Below are positions 10,859-22,760 of a stretch of 51,334 nt of DNA, one piece after another. The stretch lies in assembly GCA_031835245.2 (NCBI GenBank), contig JAVKOQ020000056.1:186001-237334 (forward strand), given 5' to 3'. Under the pieces are notes generated by a model. The model did not search any database and had not been told where the DNA came from. It was given only the letters and a program-made list of their open reading frames with translations. The stretch comes from Balamuthia mandrillaris. Lineage: Eukaryota. Each line of letters begins with the position of its first letter. Position 1 is the first letter of the stretch. A program made the position numbers and the translations under genes.

Positions 10859-12424
10859 ATGACGACGACGACGAAGCCCAAGGAGTACAAAGTGAGGAAG
10901 ATACGACTCTTCCCCACGAGCCTACAGAAGGCGGTATTGGCCAAGTGGTTCGGCGCCAGCCGATGGACCTACAACCAGTGCGAAGCAGGGGTCAAAGACG
11001 GAAGCGTAAAGCGCACTATGACGGCCCTAAGGAAGCGGTACCTCAACCAAAAAGACGTGCCCGATCTGCCGCTGCGGGTTCTGGAGACGCCCTTCGACGT
11101 AAGAGACGAGGGCATGCGAGACCTGGTCAAGGCCTACGCCAGCAACCTCGCGAAACATAGGAAGCAGAAGAAGAGGTTGAAGTTTGAGGTGCAGTTTCGC
11201 AGCAAGAAGGATCCTCAGGAGAGCATCGTCATTCACAGCAAGCACTGGGTGGGGCCAGGGAGATTCTACCCCTCGATCTTAAAGAAGTGCTTGAAGAAAG
11301 AGATAGCGGACAGAGAGGAATGGAAACGAAAACAAAAGTTGTTGGACGACTTCAGGGGGCGGCAATGCGGATTGGAATTGCTGCTCAAATGGAGGAAAGG
11401 GAGGAGGAAGAGGTGCGCACATTGGATCCCCCTGCAAACGCAAAGGCAAAAGGGGAGAACGCCAAAAAAGAAGCGAGGCAAAACTTCGAAGAGAGAGAGG
11501 CGGGGGAGGGTGGCGGACGCAAAACCGACAGGGCTAGAGGACGAGCTGACACTCCGCGGGGCGGAACCTCTTCCCGAGGTGCTACCCAGCGACAGCAGAT
11601 TAATCCGCACCCGCTGGGGCAAGTACTACTTGGCCATACCGATGCCTTTGGAGGGGAGCAATAATCAAGCTCCCTCCTCCTCTAGGGTGCCCAAGGTGGT
11701 GGCGATCGACCCAGGAGTGCGGACCTTTGGAACTTGCTATGTGGCCCCCGAAGGCAAGGCTTATGAGTGGGGACGGAATGATATCGGACGCATCTATCGT
11801 ATTTGCCACTATCTGGACGACCTCCAGAGCCGATGGGGCCAACCAGGCGTCAAAGCCAGACAGCGCTATCGCATGTGAAGGGCAGCGGCCCGAATGAGGG
11901 AACGTATTCGCAACCTGGTGGACGAGGTACACAAGAAGATGGCCCTCTGGCTGGTCAAGAAACACGACCTGGTGCTGCTGCCCAAGTTCGATACCAGCAA
12001 CATGGTGCTCAGGCGGAGCGGGAGACGTATCCCAAGCAAGACCGCCAGAGCCATGCTGGGTTGGGCGCACTATCGCTTCCGCATGCGCCTGCTGAACAAG
12101 GCCAGAGAGTACCCCCACTGTCGGGTGGAGATCGTAGACGAACACTACACCTCCAAGACCTGCGGCAAGTGCGGACGTATCCACCAGAAACTGGGAGGGA
12201 AGAAGGTCTTCCGTTGCCCTCGTTGTCACCTGGAAGCGGACAGAGACATCCATGCGGCCAGGAACATCCTTTTGCGCTTTCTGGCTCGCCAGGACATCAT
12301 TGTGGACGCGAAGGGAAAAGAAGAGCTGTACGGACAGAGTCCGGCAGCATTGGGTCCTACACCCGTGAATGCATCCACCCATTGTGGTGCATTTGTGCAA
12401 GATTTGCAAAATGTGCAAGTTTAA
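10859..12424 (+). pseudogene. Fanzor2 / TnpB RNA-guided nuclease (521 codons) with in-frame TGA at 11876-11878
   Basis: KIRLFPT...WFGASRWTYN N-terminus, RuvC-I AIDPGVRTF, LPKF at the canonical Glu site with alternative Glu in VDEHYTSKTC, zinc finger CGKC...CPRC, and RuvC-III DRDIHAARNI. The two ORFs are in frame across a single TGA. Confidence 0.93.
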
Positions 12425-12455
12425 TGTAGGCGAACGGATACTTCACTCTCTATTT
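12346..12455 (+). ncRNA. Putative Fanzor omegaRNA scaffold (to about 12436) plus flank-derived guide
   Basis: Hairpin GGGT-CCTAC-ACCC, whose loop can pair with GTAGG at 12426-12430 (pseudoknot). Further stems AATGCA-TCCAC...GTGG-TGCATT and TGCAA-GAT-TTGCA. It overlaps the ORF 3' end as in TnpB/Fanzor loci. Confidence 0.7.
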
Positions 12456-12596
12456 TTCGCACACCCGCTTGGAGAATGGCAAGGCAGGGGATGCCTCTCG
12501 ATGCCAGGACATTTGGCAGCACGACGACACTGGTTGGTTCTTGCTGAGAGCAAACCTGTGGAAGGAGCGGACGACCGGGTGTGCATCTCAGACCCA

Positions 12597-12963
12597 GGAC
12601 GCAATAACTTTCCTCACGTGTTTCCCTCCAAAACCTTTCCTTCTCTCACGTCTGTGAAGGTGCCGTAGGTCTCTGTTTTTCTTTTCCCCGTTTACTAATT
12701 TTGCTTTATTTTCGTTGTCTCATTGATCGGCTTGATCTTGGCGCCGCCTTAGGACTTAAGACGAGAACGAATAAACTGAAGGAATGGACAGGCCATGCCT
12801 TTTCTCCTCCTGTTCACCAAACACCGACACGTGTTCCAGCTTTGTAGATATCCCCTATAGGTTCTATTTTCAAACGTTCCACTTCTGCAGAGCCTACATG
12901 TTCCTCCAGAGCTTGCACCAGTTTCTCGTTGGAGGGAAACACGTGAGGAAAGTTATTGCGTCC
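12597..12963. repeat. Perfect 35-bp inverted repeat (12597-12631 / 12929-12963)
   Basis: GGACGCAATAACTTTCCTCACGTGTTTCCCTCCAA is the reverse complement of part of the last DyP exon. Confidence 0.95.
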
Positions 12964-15168
12964 GTCATGATGAGACAGTTTGCTCCATAGAATAGTGCCA
13001 TCCTCTAGAGTTATTTCTTTTTGTTTGTTTGTTTGTTTGTTAATAAAGAGGTTGTGGGCAAACCAAAAGAAATATTTACCGAAAGCGGCAAGACGAGGCA
13101 TGTTCGGGTTGCCAATGACTTTAACGCGAGGTGACACCGACTCCATGATCTTCTTTTTCTCCATAAATATCGTTTTGTAACCACAGTTTGTACTACATGA
13201 TAGTGTGAGCAGGAAGCAGAATCCGAAAAGAAATAGCCAACAAAGGAGAAAGAAGATAGAGTACCAATATTCAACAATTACTTTGATGTCTGTCTTTTCG
13301 GATTCTTCGTCCTGTTTGTCCTTGTCTTTAGGTTGCGTTGTTGTTTCAACATTTTCTTCACCTTCGTCCTCTCCTGTCTCCTTTTCTTTCTCGTGTTCTT
13401 CATCTGCTATATCCATCAACCACTTTAACTCTGGCAGCGATGGCACGTAATAGTAGTTACATCCAACAGCACGTGTTATAGAGAACAAGTTATCCACGCT
13501 CCCATCCTCCGCAAAATGCCCACACATTCTCTTCAAAGCCGTGTCTATCTCCGAGAGAAAGCGAGAATACGCTGTGAAATAAAGGCCTTCCTCCTCGCCG
13601 TTGCAATACGGATAAGCTTGTCGCAACATGGAGCCGAAAGCTCGAGCACTGTGCGAACGAGGAGGTGTGTTCTCAACGGTTACGTACTCATCATCGCCAC
13701 CAAGGCGTGGATTCTCGGGTCTATCATCGTAGCCGTGGTGTGGACGAACCTTCTCATAGTCCCTTCCTATGACCTCGTTTTTGTCTTTGGAAGACATTGC
13801 AAAGAACTTTTATTTTGGTGAGTAAAAAGCAGAAAAATAACCCAAGAAATAAGAATGGTGGATAGAACCTTGGCAAGATTATGAACAAAGCGACCAGCAA
13901 ACATGTAGGTACCACCAGTATGTGCTTCATCGTTTTCATGGTCATCAGGAAATATGACTACTTCATCCACCAACGAGCGAAGCAAGTGGTCAGGGTTTCT
14001 TGTGCCATCCACAAACCTACCAAATAGCATGTTCCACCATGAGAATAAGAAGGCAAAGAAAAACCAAGAGTGAAGAAGCGAAGAAGAAGAATGGTGAATT
14101 GTACCCAGTCAAATCGCGTCCTCCATAAGGATGTTGAGGCATGTAGGCAAAGCCTAAAGTGGTCGACCAAGAGGCTATGTTCCTTGACAACATGGTCCTA
14201 AATCTCTTCGTCACTTCATAACACAGATCCACTCGTTTTGCTTTCACCATCAAAAACAGTTCCGAGCCGGTCATGGCAGGAAGCAACACTTCCTCTTGGC
14301 TATTCTTCAGGTCCGTAAAAGGTTTCAGTTCTTTCGGCGGAGAAAGATCCCATTTCGTCCAAAGAGAAGCGGAGACAGCGACTAGAGCAGAAACTTGAGC
14401 TGTTTCGTCTACGGTTCCAACAGCATCTGCTAATTGGGGCACCGATGCAATGGCCTTTCGAACGGACGCTTCGTCAACATCTGAAGCTAACGTAACTGTT
14501 TAATGTTTCCAGAAACGGAAAAGCATGAACAGATAGGTCAGGAAAAGAAGAAGGAAGAGAGTTAAAGAACGAAAAAAGTGAGAGTACAGGTTGTAAATGC
14601 AGCATTTGGAATGTTCCCTTTGGAAACTACTCCGCGTTGTGTATTTGCAACATAAGGCACCGTCTCTGTCATTGTAGCAAGAGCCGGTTAGCAAACAAAA
14701 TCCAAGAAATAGAAGAAACAAACCAAAGTGACGTTGAGGCCAGCCAGAAGGATCCAACGGTTCAAGGCCAGGACAGTGGCACTTTTTCGTTTTCGTTGAA
14801 GATAAGATAGGGTCAGTCATGAAGCTCAAAATGAACGTTTACACTGCACACAGGAAAAGTACCTCGATGTGAAGGTTGTAATGGTGCTGATCCAAAGCTA
14901 TATAACCGCACGAGCATTGTACCATACCTTTTTTTTTTTGGATGTAAAATAAACAAAAGCAAACAAGCGAATAAAAACTTGGCAGAAAAACGAAAGAAGA
15001 AGCGGCGTTACCATCGTCCAAGACTTTTTCCTTCAGATGTTGTTTTTGTCTTGCAAATTGTTCTTTAGATAGAGGAACCACACGAAAGTGGCTTTCGCTT
15101 GCAGCAGCAGGAGCCGTTGCAGAACCAGAAGAAGAAGCACGGGCTTCCGTGGTGTGAGCTTGTCCCAT
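12814..15168 (-). CDS. Dye-decolorizing (DyP-type) peroxidase with Cys/His-rich N-terminus and C-terminal Rdx/SelW-like domain, multi-exon
   Basis: Spliced GGRDLTG|FVDGTRNP (GxxDG), RSHSARA (heme His), MLRQAYPY (distal Arg), GLYFTAY and YYYVPSL. The C-terminus splices to IKVIVEYC|TNCGY...PRLAAF|EITLEDGTILWSKL. Confidence 0.85.
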
Positions 15169-15524
15169 CGTTGGCTGTATAAAAAACCGGTAGTTTACTT
15201 ATTTGTTGTTTGGGTTCTCTAAACAAATAAACACGAACAACCAGCGTTTTATAAGATTAACCTGACCAGTTTTTTTTTTCAGCAAAAGCGTCATTCTTCT
15301 TTGCCAGCACAAAGAGGGGTCCCAGGTGTCCGGGAACCTGTCTTCTTCTGCTGTGCGCAATTCTAATTTCAGAGAACTAAAAACTAGTCTAAAAAGAAAA
15401 CAACGAATTAGTCTTTTGGGCCAATGAGCATGTAGTTCAATGGACAAAAGGTGAATCATGCGCGTGCTTTTTTTTCGTGATTCTTATTACGATCTTTGTT
15501 TACTTCATGTCCTCCTCATGGAGC

Positions 15525-17435
15525 TCACTGTTGTTGAGAACGTCGAACCATCTCTTCCAATTGAGCTAAAATGACATCAAACTGAGGTCTTCGACTCTCC
15601 TCGCCGTTCCAACATTCTTGCATCAACCCAACATAGGATTTGTAGTTGCTCTTTAAGCCTTCATCATCTTGCTCGCCGTTGTTGATCATTCGTTGAGCTT
15701 CTTCGGCGGAAGGAACCGGTGGTCGTTCTCCGTTGGAGTGAACACGAACGATGATGTCGCGAAGAGCAAAGCCCTGAAATGGAATTAAGCCAGTAATGAT
15801 CTCCCACATTACTATACCAAACGAATAAACGTCTGACTTGGTGGTCGGTTTGTTATCTGGTGGTGTCCTGTTGTGTTTGGTCAACATTGGATTGGTCAAC
15901 AAGAACAAGAGAAACAACCGAAGAAAAACAAACAACGAAATTGCGATACAAACAGGACGTAACAGAAAGGGAGGAAAAAAGGTACCACTTCAAGGTACAA
16001 TTATACGTAGTACCATTATCTCGAGCTGGACGAACGGTTCTAGAGCCTTGCAACTGGAGAAAAGCGATTAAGTTACGTAAATTTTAGAAAGCTAAAAGAG
16101 GGGTAAGAAACGGACCGGTTTGGAAATGCCAAAGTCGGCTACTTTTGCTCTATTAAACTCATCGATCTGTTGTCGTCAAAGTGAGTACAAATATTTAGGA
16201 AGCCGAGCAGTAGAACAGACAAGAAAGCAAGCACGAACCAAAATATTAATACTTTTAAGATCTCTATGAAGAATGGGCGGTTTGTTGTGATGGAGATAGT
16301 TCATACCTGTCCGAAAAACACGCGTGTTAGAAATAAATGCCAAACTTAAACAACGCAACCCATTAAAAAAACAAATGTACCTCTAGCAATGTCCCTAGCA
16401 AACTTTAGACGTGTCAGCCAAGATGGCTTTTCTCTTTGTATGCAATCATGAAGGTTGCCTTTCTCTGCTAGCTCGGTGATGAAGAAGATGTTCTGTTTTA
16501 TTGAACAACTTGCTCCAAGAAACTGAATCACATTCGGATGCCTCAACTCGCTTCAAAGAAGAGCATGAATCAACGTCAATTAGACGGTTTAAAGAGATAG
16601 AATAGAAGATTACCTCATCATATCAATCTCAGAAACAAAGGTACGGAGCTCATCTTCTCTGATATAATTCTTTAACTTTTTGATGGCCACCACAAGTCCT
16701 CTCCATGTTCTGTTAGGAGAGGGCAGAAATATAAAGGCGCAGAAACAAAAAAGAATTAATAAGTTTCAGTTGGAAAGATGAAAAAAATGGGTTCTTACCC
16801 TTGATATACTTCTCCACTCATTCCGTCTCCAATCTTACGTTGAAACTCTACTTCACTGGGTTCTATTTCCCAGCCTTTTTGCCCTCTTTTCTGAAGGATT
16901 CGTATGAGAGCAAGTTAAGCGAATTAAAGATACTGAATAGAAAAGCTAACCCTAATTTCATCTGAACCAAGGCTTGATGGTTGTGACTCGCTGCGCGTAA
17001 GGGTGAGAGATGAGGTGGAGTTTTTGCCAGATGAAGACAATAGAACAGAGCGGCTGCGCGAAAGAGACGGAGACGAAGAGGGAGAAGAAGCAGGAACAAA
17101 TGCCACCTTCTTTTCTTCTTCTTGTGAGGGAAAGAGAGAAGAGGATTGATGTGGTAGTTGGTGAAGCGAAAGAGAGTGGCTTCTCAGTAGTTCTGCTTGT
17201 AATGCAGGATCCTGATATCTTTCTGTGAGTAACGAATAACGACGGAAAGAACGGAAAGTACAAACTTGAATTTCAAGTGCAGCCTCTAAACTGCCTTTAT
17301 CGACCGTTACAAGTTGCCGTAGAGGAATATTGAACTGTTTTACTGTCCGCAACAAAGCCAACAATCCTCTTTCTTTGAGCCAGTCCGCTACCTCTATGGA
17401 TTCATAATAGAAAACAATGATCAATAGAAAGAGGA

Positions 17436-17481
<46 letters not shown>

Positions 17482-19071
17482 ACTTTCTTCCTTGCGCAAC
17501 ATGTAAAACACTCTGTTCAATCCCAGTTGTTTTGCCATAGTGCTGGCAGTACGCCCTTGCCTGTCCTTCAACGTGGTATCAATGCCATGCATCGTAAGCA
17601 GCGTTATCAACGAACAAGTCATCGTGATGTCTTGTTTTTCTCCGGAGGAGAGAATGACGAGGTGCAGTGGTGATGACCCGTTCTCTGTCACCATATTTGG
17701 GTTGGCTCCATTCTTCAAGAGTAGCTCTGTTCCAAGTACATCACCTGTTGTTTTTTAAAAAACAACGTATGTCAAACAGAGAAAGCAAGGAGTAAAGAAT
17801 ACTCAAACACAAAGAACGAAGTAACTGAAATAGGAATTAGGAAAGAAAGGAAGAAACAAACCATGAACACGAATGACGGCTCGGTGTAACGGCGTTTCGC
17901 CCCAATTATTTTGGGCGTTGATGTTGCTGCCTGCCATTACCAGCAAATCAAATAGGAAGATATAGGATGTACATTTAGCAAGTGTGAACTTAGCCATGAA
18001 GTAATGCAACGCACTGTTGCCATCTTTGGTTCTTGCATTGTAGTCCAGCCACTTGCCTGAGCACGAAGAAAAACATGACAAGTAAACAAAAGAAATGAGA
18101 AGCAAGAAGAAAGAACGAAGAGAAAATAAAGAAGCTGACATGAAAGAAAATGACAGGATAGAGGAATGACGACTGAGAACGCCAGAAAGGAGGGATGGTT
18201 ACCTCGTGGAGAGCTCTTTCGTACAACGGGAACATTACTCGATGAACTCCAAAGTGAAATGGTGGTACCTCTGCTTCGCTTCACAGCGCCTCGGTCATCG
18301 TTTGACAATCGTAAAGATGGCAAGGAAGATGAAGAAGACCCGGAGGAGGTACTAAAGTCGCCAATAAACTCATCTCCGTCCTCTACGTTGTTATTGCCAG
18401 AGCTCATCATATCAAATATCAACAACGCTTTTAAAGTTTGTACATCGCCGCTGTAACATGCACAATGCAATGGAGTCCAATCATTCTTATCCCTTTGGTG
18501 GCATTACAAAAGAAAACGGAATGAGAAACGAATGCGGGAAGAAAGGCAAGAGAGCGAGCAAGCGAAGAAAACACAAAGCTGAAAAGAGAGAAGAGAAGAG
18601 AAACATAGACGAGAGATGAGAAGAAGAGAACCTTTTGTTGGGGTCAGCACCAGCTTCCAATAAGACTTGAACACACTTAGAACTTCCCTTTTGACAGGCA
18701 TAATGCAGCGGATAGGTACAAACTTCAGGCAACAGCTCATTCACGAGTTCATTTGAGCTAGAAGAAGACGACGAAGGCGCCTTTGAGAACAGAAAGGCAG
18801 AAGCGTTGCTGACTGCTCTCTTGCCGCGTTGAATGTAACGACTACGGCGTAAAAGCTTTTTGAGGGCCTTGTTCTCGTCCTCGTCGACGTAGTTCAGAAG
18901 CAGCTTTTGGTCCCTTTCCTTCTTGTGCCTTTTGTTGGTTGTTGTTTTCTTGTATGCTATCACTTCTTCTTCTGCAGTTTCTATTTCTATGTCTCCCGCC
19001 TCTTCCGTGTTGTCTTCTGCTAGTTCGAAAGAACGAACGAGGTCTTCCAAATGCAGTTTGATCTGGGTCAT
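15525..19071 (-). CDS. Ankyrin-repeat TKL-family protein kinase, multi-exon
   Basis: Ankyrin repeats (YPLHYACQKG, WTPLHCAC, GNSALHY, GETPLHRA, GSSPLHL). Kinase motifs IGDGMSGEV, VAIKK, HPNVIQFLG, LHRDLKSINIL, DFG and SDVYSFGIVMWE. Confidence 0.9.
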
Positions 19072-19627
19072 TTTTATTTCTGTAACGCATGCGGAGGAAA
19101 CAATAAACAGGTAAGGAAGAGAGTAAACAGTGGATGGAAGGACGAAGAAAACACCAGCAAAGAGAGAGGGAGAGAGAGAGACCAACCGCAACAACTGTTC
19201 GTTACAACCGGCAAAGTTAAATGTTTTGGTGGTTTGTTGACTGACACAAACTTAAAAAAGAAACCAAAACAAAACGAACGAAACTTCAACAGAACAAACA
19301 CAGCTGTTCGGTTTTCTTGTGTTGCTTCTTCTTTTACTTCTGCTGGTTTTTTTTGTACCAAATGGAAAATGCTTTTGTTGTGCACAAGCATGTGAGGGGC
19401 ACCAGACTGTTGTGTTTTTCATTTTCTTGTTATCATTGCGGCTCTCTTTGCTGTTTCTTCTGTCTATGCAAACGATTTCGACCAATACGATTTCAAATAA
19501 TCGTTAATCATTAACATATCACCAATAAATTTTCAAAGATCATGATTTAATGCTTCCAATAGAATTCCATTCCAAATAATTTAATGAATTAAATAAGGTG
19601 CCGCTTGGGCTATGGCACCAAAAAAAA

Positions 19628-21631
19628 TCACCGATGAGATTGCCGCAAAAGCTGCGACACCTGGCTCAACGTTCCGTTATTGGGGGCTGGTTCTAGGTTA
19701 AGTATCTCGGCTAGCATGTTGTAAAGGTGGATGTTCTCAAAGGCGTCTACACGAAGACCGCCGCTTTGAAAATGAGGACCTCTCGCCACAAATATGCCAA
19801 ACATATCCTCATGAGTGTTGAGATATCCATGCGTTCCTCCCGTAAAGATTTCGTCCTTGTTTTTCGGCGTCCTTTATTGTTCACATGAGGAACAAATAAG
19901 TAAATGAGAGAGAGAGAGAGAGAGAGAGGGCTCATTTTTGACCAGCTAACAAAGAGGATGAGGAGAAACGCAAATAAAAATCTACCTGATGGACCATCCC
20001 AAGTCAGCAATGCCAACTAGAGGGGGAATACGATCGTTGGAAGAGTAATGGAGCTCCTCCGGCATCTCCTCCTTTCTGAAGATAGTAATGTTAGGATGAA
20101 CGCCGACCAGCACATCCAACAGAGCTTCTGTCGTTTGCGGAGAGGCTGGAAAGAGCCCCATAATGGGAGTGCTGTCCACCACTTTGGTATTTCCCCCGTT
20201 CGCTGCGATAGCTGAAGATATATCGATCACTCTGTCATTGCTTACCGAAGTCATTCCATGATCCGATCTATATCACGACTAAAGTTAAGGAGAGTAAACT
20301 GAAAAGAAAATAGAGGGAAGACGAGAACAAGAGCAAAAAGACAAGACAAATGGAGGATCGTACACAACGATGATGTCAGTAGTTTCTTCCAATCCCAGCT
20401 CTCTCAACCCATCCAACAGGTCTCCAATATAGCCATCCACCTCGAGAATAGCCGCAGCAACTTCATCCGAGTCAGGTCCATGCTCATGTCCCATCCAGTC
20501 CACTCTCTCGAGGTATAGCGTTACCAAAGAGGGTCGTTGTTGCTCCGAAAGAGACAACCATTCCAACACTTGCTCGATGCGTTGTGAAAAGGGAAAGTAT
20601 GCATCGTAGGCTTTATAATAACTCGGTCTTTTTTCTTTGATCTCAACCTCCGATCCTGGCCTTAATTGTGTAAAAAGAAAGGAAGACAAAATAAGAAAAC
20701 AAACAAAGAAAAGCGCGAACAAGGTACCAGAACATCGTGGCAGCAACAACATTTTGCATCTCAGCAGTGATCCAAATGGGCTCTCCGCCCCACCAACGCC
20801 CATTCGTCATGGAGTCAGCATCACCCAGAGAGAATGTGGCGTTCAACGATGGATCAAAGAAGCGGTTGGCCACTATCCCGTGCGACTCTGGATAGAGTCC
20901 GGTCACGATGCTGTTTTGTGTTAATGGTGAGATATCAAGGCGGCGCACTGATCGTAAGACAAAGACTAAGAAAATAACAGTTAAACAAACAAAAAAGAAG
21001 ACCTGTAATGGTTGGGAAAAGTTTTGGTTGGGAAACAAGGAATGAGGCCATCCGCATAAACGCCACCCTTCATGAGGGTATGCAAAGTGGGCGAGGTGGC
21101 CTCCGCTCGTCGAAGGTACTCTGCTCGAAAGCCGTCCAGAGAGATGAGGATGACGGTGGTGGCATTGGAGGAAGGGGTTGAAGGGCCGTCGTCGTCAGAG
21201 TCTCGAGTAGCGACCCGCCAGCCGGCCACAGCGATCACCAAAACGGTCAACAGAAACACCGAAAGAGAAATGAGAACGCAAGTTCTTTGTGGGTTGGTCT
21301 GTGTGGGTTTTTTATTTTTTGAGGTTGATGAATGTTGTGTACAAGGAATAGAAAAGGGAGGTTCGTTTACCATATGCCTCCAAGCGCTGAAGCAACCCCT
21401 ATCGCTATTGAAGTAGAGAGGCTCCCTGGCGAGGGGACTGCTGCTTCTGGGCGAGTTTCCATCGTCAAAGTCGTCCACCTCCAAATCGGTGAACGATGCC
21501 TCCTCTTGGTCGTGATGCTTTTGTTGTTGTTGCTTCGTTCGTTTGTGTTGCAAATGCTGGGAGAGGTTCTCCTCCTCCTCCTCCTCGCTGCTGCTGCTGC
21601 TGCTGCTGCGGAATGCGTCCAGCTCCATCAT
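19628..21631 (-). CDS. Nucleotide pyrophosphatase/phosphodiesterase (ENPP/type I PDE), type II membrane protein, multi-exon
   Basis: TM segment, then LISLDGFR, FPTKTFPNHY, TGLYPESHGI, WWGGEPIW, DWMGH..GP, SDHGM, HGYLN and FENIHLYN. Stop at 19628-19630. Confidence 0.92.
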
Positions 21632-22058
21632 TATGGTGGTGTCTTTCTTTTCAACTCCTCTGCACCCCTAATATGTTGATCATTAAGGAGCACCATTTAC
21701 CGCATATTTGGAATTCTCTCCGCTTACACTCATAGCTGGGGGGCAACAGCGAACCCCCACCTATTATTAGAGCCCCCTCTTCCTTGTCTTGATTATTCTG
21801 TGCTGCGGACGCACGCAGGCGGCAAGCGGCGTTTACCCCGTCCGTACTACCAGGAGGAGGAGGAGGAGGAGGTGGAGGCCAATCATCCTCTCTTGCCTAT
21901 GCTGCAAGAGTTGTCTTTCTCTGTTCTGATGTTTTTATTGGGTTGTTCGCTGCTGGTAGCTCCCGGTAACAGAGAGGAGCCCTCCTTTCATTCAAGACCC
22001 CCTTTATATATGTGTACAACGCACGGGGCGGTTCAACGCGATGAAACAGGAGAAAGCT

Positions 22059-22760
22059 TCACTTGGCCTTGGCCCAACTCAACAGCAAGCCCAGCGCAAA
22101 GAAGACGGTGCTCCACACCAACACGTTGGACGAAAGACCTAGGAAGGCAGAGTCGTCCGAAGAAGAAGCGGAGGAACCGCCGTGCGCCAGCAAAGCACGT
22201 TGACCTTCCTCCACGGCTTGGTCCCACCTCCACTTGGCCAAGCTCACACCGGGCCACACGCCCTGCACGAACTGCTCAAAGTAGAAAAGGCCGTCCTCCT
22301 GTCTCAGCACAGCACAAGCTTGTTTCCAAGTCACGCCGTCACGGACGCTTTCGGCCAGCTGAATGCCCGCCCCTTCCAACGCCTCTTTGGCTTCGTCTGC
22401 AAGGCGGTTGTCGCTGAGGTAACAGAAGGTGAAGGGGATGCGGTGGGTTCGATTGCTGTACAATTCGGCGATGCGGGTGGCGTCCAAGCCATCGTTCTTG
22501 GAGAAGAGGAGCTGGCCCTCTTCCACTTGGCCCACAAAGAAAAGACGAAGGTAGGCCGTTTGGTTGCGGTTGCTGAGGTGCCTGGCAAGGTAGGCCTCGG
22601 CGCTAGAGGAAGACTTGGGGTTGGCCACCACCACCTCGGTTCTGGAGGGCACCAGTTTCAACAAGCTTTGGAGCTGCTGCATGGACTCATTCTCCTCGTC
22701 GGCACTGTGGCCCAACAGAACCAGCACAGAGTCTCGACTGAGGTTCAAGAATTCAACCAT
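22059..22760 (-). CDS. Hypothetical protein, 233 aa, C-terminal hydrophobic segment
   Basis: Clean intronless ORF with normal composition and a predicted tail anchor (VLVWSTVFFALGLLLSW). No family recognised. Confidence 0.65.
   Translation of the reverse strand: MVEFLNLSRDSVLVLLGHSADEENESMQQLQSLLKLVPSRTEVVVANPKSSSSAEAYLARHLSNRNQTAYLRLFFVGQVEEGQLLFSKNDGLDATRIAELYSNRTHRIPFTFCYLSDNRLADEAKEALEGAGIQLAESVRDGVTWKQACAVLRQEDGLFYFEQFVQGVWPGVSLAKWRWDQAVEEGQRALLAHGGSSASSSDDSAFLGLSSNVLVWSTVFFALGLLLSWAKAK

Larger units (their letters stand above)
9990..12437 (+). mobile_element. IS607-family element carrying TnpA serine recombinase and Fanzor2 (eukaryotic TnpB)
   Basis: tnpA followed by tnpB-like ORF. 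The ends read CCGTT... and ...AACGG. The left end is delimited by its duplicate at 8541 and the right end by the omegaRNA-like structure. Confidence 0.9.

Noticed and set aside
11876..11878. Programmed TGA readthrough or selenocysteine in Fanzor
   Set aside because: The Arg-rich context fits CGA>TGA, and the same lesion recurs in unrelated elements.
13170..13270. Selenoprotein reading of the Rdx domain
   Set aside because: The spliced motif is TGT-ACA-AAC-TGT (CxxC), with no in-frame TGA.
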